Shown here piece after piece: positions 16,519 through 23,417 of a DNA stretch of 23,417 nt. Every line of letters begins with the position of its first letter. Position 1 is the stretch's first letter. The notes beneath the pieces were generated by a model. The model made no database searches, had not been told where the DNA came from, and saw only the letters and a program-made list of their open reading frames with translations. The translations under genes were made by a program, and so were the position numbers. The DNA lies in the IMG/VR virus record IMGVR_UViG_3300037883_000041, one strand, 5' to 3'. The stretch comes from a virus. Taxonomy: Duplodnaviria; Heunggongvirae; Uroviricota; Caudoviricetes.

Positions 16519-17823
16519 TTATTGCGTCAGGCCGAACTGAACCAGCATCAGCGAGAAGCGGCAGGTCTTCACGATGTTCGAATAGAACGGCATCGCGGGA
16601 TTCTGCGACCAACGCGCGAACGTGGTGTTGAAGTTGATGGCCGCCTTGAAGTCACGCATCTCTTCACCCGACTCATCGACCGTCTTCGCTGCCAGTGCCG
16701 CTGCTGCCTTTTGCGAAGCCGCCTTCAGACGATCCGCCAGGCTCTTGAGCTTGGTCAGATGCTGCGTGTGGAAGTTCTCGATCACACCCAGGAGCGTCTC
16801 AGCAGCGTCCAACACAGCAAACGCACCTTGGCCCTGCGGGTACTCGAACTGAGCCTGACCCGCATCTTCTTTGGTGTTGTTGATGTTCGTCTTCAGCTGA
16901 ATACCCGTGCCGCGAATCATGTCGAGCGCAGCGTACGGATGCACCGGTGAAGTCTGCTTCCACGTCGTGGCCCAGAGCCAGCCGCCGCCGATAAACTGGC
17001 CGCTCGTGTAGACAGTATATTCGCCTTCCTTCGCTGAGGGCTTGCTGCCCGGCATCGCTTCAAAGCGAATCCCGCCCAACTGCTGAACCATGGTCTGCAC
17101 AACCTGATCCGAATTCTCGGCAGTGAAGCTGGCCAGCGCTTTCTCTGCTTGCTCGCCTGCTGCCAACACCGTATTGGGCAGATCTTCGAAGATGAACTTC
17201 GCGGTTTCCGCGGTCTTCTTCATCGCGTTGACCATGTCGCCGGTCTTCGTGAGGAGCTTACCGTCGAACGTAAACCATGACGTAAACTCCTCCATCGAGG
17301 TGGCCTGATGAATCACGCCTTTCTGGCCGCTCTTCATCATCGACTTCATCGTCGCGATCTTATTGCGCAGATCCTTGACCACCACGTTCATGCGGTAGAA
17401 CGCAACGATCTTTTCCCAGATACGGGCGAGGAACTCGAGCAGGTTCTTCATCAGCACGCGAGCCTTCTCGCCGATGCCTTCAAACGCGATGCTCTTGCCT
17501 TCCTGGAACGACTCCATGGCGGGCAGGAGCAGCTCCGGCTCGTTGGTCGTACCAGCCACACCCATCTGACCCGAGGTCTGAATGAGGGCGATTTCCGTCG
17601 GTGAGGCTTGACGGATGTTCTTGGCGAGTGACGCCAGATCTTCCAGTGCATCCGACACTTCGGTCAGACGCTCGGCTTCATCCAGACCCGAGGACACAGC
17701 CGACGAATCACGGAATGCCTGATCGAGGACCAGGGCTTCTTCTTCGAGAGACAGACGACGATAGGCGGGCGCCACCTTCGGCACTTGCACTACGCGTACC
17801 GTCGATGCGAATGTTTTACGCAT
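16519..17823 (-). CDS. Inner head protein paralog
   Basis: LSLEE, ALED, AMES and IAFE|G (E115), then LMKNLLEFLARIWEKIVAFY. Clear paralog of 15139..16509. Confidence 0.75.
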   Translation of the reverse strand: MRKTFASTVRVVQVPKVAPAYRRLSLEEEALVLDQAFRDSSAVSSGLDEAERLTEVSDALEDLASLAKNIRQASPTEIALIQTSGQMGVAGTTNEPELLLPAMESFQEGKSIAFEGIGEKARVLMKNLLEFLARIWEKIVAFYRMNVVVKDLRNKIATMKSMMKSGQKGVIHQATSMEEFTSWFTFDGKLLTKTGDMVNAMKKTAETAKFIFEDLPNTVLAAGEQAEKALASFTAENSDQVVQTMVQQLGGIRFEAMPGSKPSAKEGEYTVYTSGQFIGGGWLWATTWKQTSPVHPYAALDMIRGTGIQLKTNINNTKEDAGQAQFEYPQGQGAFAVLDAAETLLGVIENFHTQHLTKLKSLADRLKAASQKAAAALAAKTVDESGEEMRDFKAAINFNTTFARWSQNPAMPFYSNIVKTCRFSLMLVQFGLTQ

Positions 17824-17847
17824 GTTCTTTACCCTAAGTTAGCAGTA

Positions 17848-17891
17848 ATAAGCCCCTCCCAGAGCCCTAGGACTCCAGGAGGGGAGCTTAT
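17848..17891 (-). terminator. Long imperfect hairpin after the 759-aa head gene
   Basis: ATAAGC(TC)CCCTCCTGGAGTC-CTAG-GGCTCTGGGAGGGGCTTAT, about 19 bp including G-U pairs. Confidence 0.65.
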
Positions 17892-17905
17892 CACACGCGT
17901 GACAG

Positions 17906-20185
17906 TTACGCCGCAGCCGGAACCTTCGCCGGAGCTTCGCCACCAGCAGGCTTAGCAGCTGCCGGGGCAGCGCCGTACTGCTTGAGCGAGGCTTCGACCC
18001 AGTTCAGCGCCGCATTGCCGGTACGCAGAGCGTAGATGTTGAACTCCTTGAACGGCTCTTCCAGGGCCTTCTTCAGACCCAGGCACGCCGCCTTCGAAGC
18101 TTCTTGCAGATTGCCTTCGCCGTCCTGATGGACTTGGTCGCCTTGCGTGGCGAACTTGCGAGCAGCTTCAGCCAGTTGCTTCATCACGCCAGCAGCCAGA
18201 CCGATGTCCTTCTTGGCCTGCTTGATGGTAGCGGCGAGTTCAGCGACTTGCTTGGCCACAGTACCAGCTTGCGGTTGCGACAGCACCGGCAGCTTGCCCG
18301 TGACGTTGCCTGCACCTTGCGCTTCGTCCATGCCTGCGCTCGAGTCGCCCAGCTTCTCGCCATCGGCGATCTTGAAGACGATCTCTTGATTGCCCGGCAA
18401 AACGTCCGATGCGAAGACTTGCATGCCATCTTCCGAACCGCGCTGCTTAGCGATCTTCATCACTTCCGGCGCCCACGGTGCCGTCAGCTTCGCTTGCACG
18501 TTGCCCGAGGCGAAACCTTGAGCCATCGTCGTGGTGCTGTTCAACATGCCTTCGTAGCCAGCGTACAGCGCCTTAGCCGTTGCAGCCAGCTTGGCGATGC
18601 CGTTCACGTCAACACGACCACCGATCGCCAGTGCTTCGGCGATTTGGGAGTTGTCGATCTCGCGAGCACCCGGTTGACCTTGCGTCGACTGGGCTTGTTG
18701 CGCCAACTTGTTCGCACGGCCTTCCATCTGCACGGCAGCGTTGGTCAGCTTGTCGCCCAGTTGCATGAGGTATTGACCGGCGGCCACGAGTGCCTTCCAG
18801 ATCTTGTCCCACACGGTCTTGAGTGCCGTCCCGACAGCTTCCAGCGACAGCTGCGTGCTCGACATTTGCTTCGAGACGCCGCCGAACGATTCGAGCGACA
18901 GGATGTGCGGACGTTCCACCACCGGGATGTCCAGGCGGTTCATGTGGCCTTCGAATGCCATGCGGAAGATCGCTGCGCCGCTGCGATTCAGGCCGCCCGT
19001 TTCTTGAGCGATCTTCAGCGTTTCACGCAGGCTTTCCAGCGCTTCGACGACTTCACGACCAGCTTCGACTTGACCCGCGACTTCGTCGACATCCTTCTCG
19101 GCGTCTGCCACTTCCAGCAGTTCACCTTCCAGGCCGCTCGTCGCGTCCATTTCGGTTTCAGCTTCGACTTCCGTCGGCAGACCGGCACCGGCTTCTTCGC
19201 CGCCTGCGGGTTCCATCGGCTCGGTAGCAGCACGGCCTTCACGGCCAGCTTCAGCGACCGGTGCACGACCTTCAGCGCGCGCCACCAGGGCACGGGCGTT
19301 TTCCAGTTCGACCGGATCGATGTCATCCACACCAGCGCCTGCTTCCGGCGTAGCAGCCGGACCACCTGCGTCGACGCCCGGCACTTCCGTACCCGCATCC
19401 GCACCCAGATCAGCACCAGCTTCGCCCGTCGGGACTTCGGTTTCGCCGCCGCTCATCGCAGCTTCGCCACCTTGACCCGGCACAGCGCCTTCGCCTGCTT
19501 CAGCGCCAGCAGCCAGTTCAGCCGGATCACCAGCCACTGCAGCAGCTGCGCCAGCTTCGCCCAGATCAGCCGGGGGAACTTCAGCAGCCGGGGGCTCGCC
19601 CGCACCTGCTTCTGCACCTGCCACCGGCGGCACGCCAGCTTCGCCACCTTCACCTGCTTCAGCAGCGGCAGCGGCTTCGCCTTCCGGTGCGGCAGCCGGA
19701 GCGGCTGCTTCTTCTTGCGTGCGGATTTCAGCTTCAGCTTCTTCCGACGACATGCCTGCGTCTTCGAGTGCGACCTTGATACGCGCACGTTGCAGCGGGG
19801 TGAACTTCGGCTTCTTGCCGTGGCTTTCCAGCGCGCCAGCCGTGCCAGCGATCTTCGGCGGTTTGCCTTCGTCGCCCTTGGCCACGCTCAGCGTCGGGTC
19901 TTCACCGTTCGACAGTTGAGCCGGGACTTCGCCGTCGGTCTTCACAGCCGACGAACCGATGTCCTTCTTGGCGCCAGGTTCCTGGTCGCCCTTTTCCTTA
20001 CCTGCGACCGACAGCGTGGGATCGTCACCGTTGCTGATGTTGGCAGGCACTTCGCCGTCTTTGGTCGGCTTCGGGATGCTCTTGTCGCCAGCGCCGATGG
20101 CAGCAGCGGCTTCTTTCGACAGACCGTCGGTATTTTCCAGCGCGACCTTGGAACGGGCGCCGAAACCATTGCGAATGCTACGCAT
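17906..20185 (-). CDS. Major inner head protein paralog with very long acidic propeptide (759 aa)
   Basis: Repeated ALE/GLE/SLE/AFE motifs; the last, LSLE|A (E449), precedes LKTVWDKIWKALV. Low-complexity A/E/G/P N-half; strong codon bias. Confidence 0.75.
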   Translation of the reverse strand: MRSIRNGFGARSKVALENTDGLSKEAAAAIGAGDKSIPKPTKDGEVPANISNGDDPTLSVAGKEKGDQEPGAKKDIGSSAVKTDGEVPAQLSNGEDPTLSVAKGDEGKPPKIAGTAGALESHGKKPKFTPLQRARIKVALEDAGMSSEEAEAEIRTQEEAAAPAAAPEGEAAAAAEAGEGGEAGVPPVAGAEAGAGEPPAAEVPPADLGEAGAAAAVAGDPAELAAGAEAGEGAVPGQGGEAAMSGGETEVPTGEAGADLGADAGTEVPGVDAGGPAATPEAGAGVDDIDPVELENARALVARAEGRAPVAEAGREGRAATEPMEPAGGEEAGAGLPTEVEAETEMDATSGLEGELLEVADAEKDVDEVAGQVEAGREVVEALESLRETLKIAQETGGLNRSGAAIFRMAFEGHMNRLDIPVVERPHILSLESFGGVSKQMSSTQLSLEAVGTALKTVWDKIWKALVAAGQYLMQLGDKLTNAAVQMEGRANKLAQQAQSTQGQPGAREIDNSQIAEALAIGGRVDVNGIAKLAATAKALYAGYEGMLNSTTTMAQGFASGNVQAKLTAPWAPEVMKIAKQRGSEDGMQVFASDVLPGNQEIVFKIADGEKLGDSSAGMDEAQGAGNVTGKLPVLSQPQAGTVAKQVAELAATIKQAKKDIGLAAGVMKQLAEAARKFATQGDQVHQDGEGNLQEASKAACLGLKKALEEPFKEFNIYALRTGNAALNWVEASLKQYGAAPAAAKPAGGEAPAKVPAAA
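19880..20059 (-). repeat. Intragenic repeat, 2 x 19 aa with a 41-aa period
   Basis: DGEVPANISNGDDPTLSVA (20003-20059) versus DGEVPAQLSNGEDPTLSVA (19880-19936). Confidence 0.85.
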
Positions 20186-20307
20186 TTTTGTGTTTCCCTA
20201 TCGATAGGTTGAATCGGAGTGCACTTCCTTTACAGCAGAGTACCCGCGCGGTACATCCTTAATAACCTTGGGTTATGGTTACTATAGTATTTGCGCAGGC
20301 TCTTGCT

Positions 20308-20925
20308 TTAGGAACGAATACCGAAAAGGATGTGGAGACTTTGCAGCAGATCTTCCAGACCGTTGGGCTGTGCACACCATCCTTGCAGGACGTCGACCAG
20401 CGTGGTGTTACGGCGTTGACGCACGTAACCGTTGGTCGTGATGCCGAAGAAGTCGGCTGCCACTTCGCCCACTTGAGCCCGGAGTTCACCGGAGTCCGAG
20501 TAGTCGAGCAGGCTGTCCCACGTTTGAAGCGACATCTCCCGACGACCGGTCGAGATGAAGCGCAGACAATCCTCGAGGAACTTGCGATGCAAATCGCCAA
20601 CCGAGGGGCTTTCGAACTGCTTGAGGTACCAGAAGTCAAACGACTGGGAACCGAACGCACCCAGCGCGGTCACCAACACCAGACGCTGGAAGTCGAAGCT
20701 CGATGCCTTGTAGGTGTTACGCAGATACTTCGAGTACAACGACTCGACGTTCTCGTTCACCAGGATCGTGCCGGAACTGTTTTGGAAGAGGTTCAGACTG
20801 GGCTGGAGTTGACGGTACTGCGCTTCAAAGGGCGCAGCAGTCTTCTCGATCCGCGGAGCCAGGATAGAACCCAGAAACCCCCGCGGATAGATCGTGAACC
20901 CCTCGTTGCTCACGAGGTTAGCCAC
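20308..20925 (-). CDS. Conserved phiKZ-like protein (gp91-like position), possibly virion-associated
   Basis: 205 aa. The GTG start overlaps the upstream gene end by 8 nt. It has an N-terminal SNE and IYPRGFLG. Confidence 0.65.
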   Translation of the reverse strand: MANLVSNEGFTIYPRGFLGSILAPRIEKTAAPFEAQYRQLQPSLNLFQNSSGTILVNENVESLYSKYLRNTYKASSFDFQRLVLVTALGAFGSQSFDFWYLKQFESPSVGDLHRKFLEDCLRFISTGRREMSLQTWDSLLDYSDSGELRAQVGEVAADFFGITTNGYVRQRRNTTLVDVLQGWCAQPNGLEDLLQSLHILFGIRS

Positions 20926-21814
20926 TGTACTTCTCCTCCATTTTCTTGATCTTGTACTGCAGATCCTTGGCCCGGCCTTCCAGATAGTCGATTTCCTTCT
21001 GGACCTTCGGATTGGGCTTGCCGCCGTGGACTTGCTCGAGGTTCAGCTTACGCAGCTGCACCAGCTTGAGCGTTTCCTTCGCTTGCTTGTAGCGATCGGC
21101 TTGCCACTCGGCGACCAGCAGGCCGATGCCGTAGAGCGGGCTCCACGTGCCGATCAGATTCTGCTGCAGCGGGTCGAGCTTCGTCTTGCCCATCGTTTCG
21201 GGCAGCGTCGTCTCGTTGTCTTCCGTCACGATGATGTCCGGGACTTCCGAGAGCTTCTTCTTGACTTCAGCCGGGCTTTCGGTCACGACGTTGAACGCGG
21301 CGCAGAACGACAGGAAGTTGTCCTCGATCCACTGCTTCTCGGCCGGGGTGATGGCTTCACGCACCGTGACACCACCGTCGTCGTACTGGGCGGTTTCGCA
21401 CACGTAGACGTAGTTCAGGAACTGCACCATGAAGCGCGAGACGAACTGGACGTTGGAGACGAACTGCAACAACTGCGTCTTCTTGTACGTCATGCCTGCG
21501 GCGATCACTTCGTCACCCATCGACTGCTTGATGAGTTCTTCGACGTCGTTCAGGTTTTGCACCATGATCGGCAGACCCCGATCGAGCGTCACGATGATGT
21601 TGCCACCGTTGCTCTTCACGAGGCTCTTCCACGTGTCGATGCGGTCTTGCATCTCCTGGCTCTTGAAGGACCAGGACTTGAGGAACACCGCTGCTTGCCC
21701 GTACATCGGCTTGAGCGTTTCTTCGATTTCCGCCCGCGTCAGACGGCAATCCTCGATGATGCGTTCGCGGCCGAACGACGGCAACAGGCGACGCAGGAAT
21801 TCACTGATTTTCAT
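20918..21814 (-). CDS. Head / inner-body protein (phiKZ gp90-like)
   Basis: 298 aa. LLPSF, YGIGLLVAEWQADRY and a C-terminal coiled coil (LVQLRKLNLE...EIDYLE...LQYKIKKMEE). Assignment is by synteny. Confidence 0.65.
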   Translation of the reverse strand: MKISEFLRRLLPSFGRERIIEDCRLTRAEIEETLKPMYGQAAVFLKSWSFKSQEMQDRIDTWKSLVKSNGGNIIVTLDRGLPIMVQNLNDVEELIKQSMGDEVIAAGMTYKKTQLLQFVSNVQFVSRFMVQFLNYVYVCETAQYDDGGVTVREAITPAEKQWIEDNFLSFCAAFNVVTESPAEVKKKLSEVPDIIVTEDNETTLPETMGKTKLDPLQQNLIGTWSPLYGIGLLVAEWQADRYKQAKETLKLVQLRKLNLEQVHGGKPNPKVQKEIDYLEGRAKDLQYKIKKMEEKYSG

Positions 21815-21834
21815 AACTAACCTTGAAGGATTGC

Positions 21835-21855
21835 CTCCCTCTTATTCGGAGGGAG
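21835..21855 (-). other. Intergenic hairpin
   Basis: CTCCCTC-CGAATAA-GAGGGAG (7-bp stem) between two head genes, with no U tail. Confidence 0.45.
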
Positions 21856-21871
21856 TGCCGACTGTGGGAGC

Positions 21872-22963
21872 TCAGAAACCCGACGGTGCGTTGCCGAGCT
21901 GATAGGCCTTGAGGATTTCGCCGATATCCGGACCGTCACCCTTGCTTGCTTGCTTGAGCGCCTTGAAGGGCAGGCTCGTAGCTTCCGGGATGGAGCGGTG
22001 GTAGAACGTCACGCGATCCCATTGGGTGTCCAGGACTGCGACGATCATCAGGCTCGTTTCCTTGAACAGCTTCTCGCGCACGCGGAAGTTCGAGAACTTC
22101 GCGTTGATTTCGAGTTCCAGCTGAGCGATGGTGTTCGCCGAGCAGATCACCATGTTCGATGCGGTCGCTACCGACGGCGTGCCGGACACGATCGTCGCGA
22201 TCTGGTTGTTGCGCTTGCGCTTGAGAATGCTCGTGAACGTGCCGTCGGCGTCGTCCATGAGGTTCTTGCGGTGCGCGTCGATCAGATCCAGACAGAGAAT
22301 GAAGTCGCGGAAGAACTCGATACGGCCCGAACGCCACGCATGGAACCGTTCCTTCATCGTCGTGTCCTTGTTGCCAAGGCTAAGAATATGAACCAGGTTC
22401 TGTGTGGGAATGTCCATGGCGATCAGGCGCAACGCCACCGGGATAACACCCTTATGGCCGTTGTCCGTGATTTCCACCGACAGCATCTTGCCAACCGACA
22501 AGTTAGCCACGGTCTGGGCTTCTTTGAAGCCCGCTTGCGAGATCGACACGCCTTCTTCCAGGGCAGGCTTGCCGAAGGCAGGCAGCGCGTCCTTGTAGCT
22601 TTCCATCGAAAGCATCGAGATCGCACCAGCTGCAATGTCAGCACCTGCACCCCAGATTTCACCGTTGGTCGCGCTCGTGAGCGGATCGCGGTTGGGGTTG
22701 AACTTGTCGAGCTTGCCCATCACGTTCACGTTGCCGATGGTGGCCGAGAGCGCAATGGCTTGCAAGTAATAGCCCGCAAACATCGCCTGCAATGCTTGCA
22801 TCGCATCGAACGTCTCCGGGGCGTAGAGTACGTCCGCGTCGACCAGGCACAACGGTTCGACACGAGCAGGCTTGCTGTACTCGATGAGTGAGTCAGCGCG
22901 CGTAGCGGCGATGACTTCGGCTGCATGACGAATGGCGCCGATGCCGATATTGGCGATACTCAT
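21872..22963 (-). CDS. Head / inner-body protein (phiKZ gp89-like)
   Basis: 363 aa. SLIEYSKPARVEP, YYLQA, LDKFNP.R, SME/ALE protease-type sites, NLSVGK, ERFHAW.SG.I.F..D...C.DLI, GPDI.EILKAY..G. Confidence 0.7.
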   Translation of the reverse strand: MSIANIGIGAIRHAAEVIAATRADSLIEYSKPARVEPLCLVDADVLYAPETFDAMQALQAMFAGYYLQAIALSATIGNVNVMGKLDKFNPNRDPLTSATNGEIWGAGADIAAGAISMLSMESYKDALPAFGKPALEEGVSISQAGFKEAQTVANLSVGKMLSVEITDNGHKGVIPVALRLIAMDIPTQNLVHILSLGNKDTTMKERFHAWRSGRIEFFRDFILCLDLIDAHRKNLMDDADGTFTSILKRKRNNQIATIVSGTPSVATASNMVICSANTIAQLELEINAKFSNFRVREKLFKETSLMIVAVLDTQWDRVTFYHRSIPEATSLPFKALKQASKGDGPDIGEILKAYQLGNAPSGF

Positions 22964-22995
22964 TATAAATCCTTCTCAGTTTAAGGTTTCTGCAA

Positions 22996-23417
22996 ATGGC
23001 TGATCCATACAACATTACTGTCGACGACATCCTGATGGCTTCCAATAATGGTCAATCCGTCTCGGACCAAGTCGATCAGATTTTCCAGATGGGGCCTTCG
23101 GGGTCGTTCGACACAGCCATTGGTAACACCGCGTTTGGTTTAAACCATCGGCAACAACCTCCGGCGATTCTCAGCAATCGTGACCATTACGGCTACACGT
23201 TCTTTACGCGTCCCCGGATGAACATGACTGATGACAACCTCCGGACTCAGCGTCGCTTCGGCCCGTTGCTCTCGCAACTCGACTACAGCTGGCAACGTTT
23301 CACGCGCTGCACTCTCGATCCAGATCTCGCGTGGTCGGATTCTCCGGTGAGTAGCTCGCTCGTCGATCGTCAACAAGCCTTCATACCTATCCTTTCGAAC
23401 AACCTCCTGTCGATGAC
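22996..23417 (+). CDS. Virion structural protein (phiKZ gp88-like), 3'-truncated
   Basis: Absent from the ORF track. Hand translation from ATG 22996 (AAGG RBS) is open to the window end: MADPYNITVDD...GLNHRQ...YGYTFFTRPRMNM..DNL...R.TLDP...D.QQAFIPILSNNLLSM. Confidence 0.75.
   Translation, partial: MADPYNITVDDILMASNNGQSVSDQVDQIFQMGPSGSFDTAIGNTAFGLNHRQQPPAILSNRDHYGYTFFTRPRMNMTDDNLRTQRRFGPLLSQLDYSWQRFTRCTLDPDLAWSDSPVSSSLVDRQQAFIPILSNNLLSM

Noticed and set aside
18104-20212. 702-aa plus-strand ORF
   Set aside because: It is an antisense shadow of the codon-biased 759-aa gene: F/S/R/C-rich composition, no motifs, and no convincing RBS.
1277-22891. Other long plus-strand ORFs (e.g. 4130..5290, 11022..12071, 12822..14045, 20275..20949, 20894..21820, 21950..22891)
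   Set aside because: All overlap well-supported minus-strand genes. Open antisense frames are expected with GC3-biased codons, and the products look non-protein-like.
23140-23376. 78-aa minus-strand ORF
   Set aside because: It is antisense to the better-supported plus-strand gene starting at 22996.
1-23417. Stop-codon reassignment (alternative genetic code)
   Set aside because: TAA, TGA and TAG all end genes at sensible boundaries, and standard-code coding density is near complete.

Overview
This window is a virion-morphogenesis region of a phiKZ-like jumbo phage (Chimalliviridae-type; about 55-60% GC by eye), with almost all genes on the minus strand. In transcription order (right to left) it contains: a partial divergent plus-strand phiKZ gp88-like gene; gp89/gp90/gp91-like head genes; three paralogous inner-head proteins with S/A/G-x-E prohead-protease sites; gp98-gp101-like neck/baseplate genes; a small membrane protein; a tandem array of ten modular tail/baseplate-fibre-like paralogs; and a truncated lectin-bearing fibre gene missed by the ORF track. 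phiKZ orthologue numbers come from recalled synteny and motifs, not from a search. The main observations are: (i) the array is built from N and C modules in a repeating A-B gene-pair pattern; (ii) its last member is split by a single in-frame TAA exactly at the module boundary; (iii) two LamG domains occur in circularly permuted register; (iv) one head protein has a predicted 449-aa propeptide with an internal repeat; and (v) hairpin+TATG and ATCYTATG motifs recur and resemble phiKZ late promoters. No RNA genes, CRISPR arrays or mobile elements were seen.
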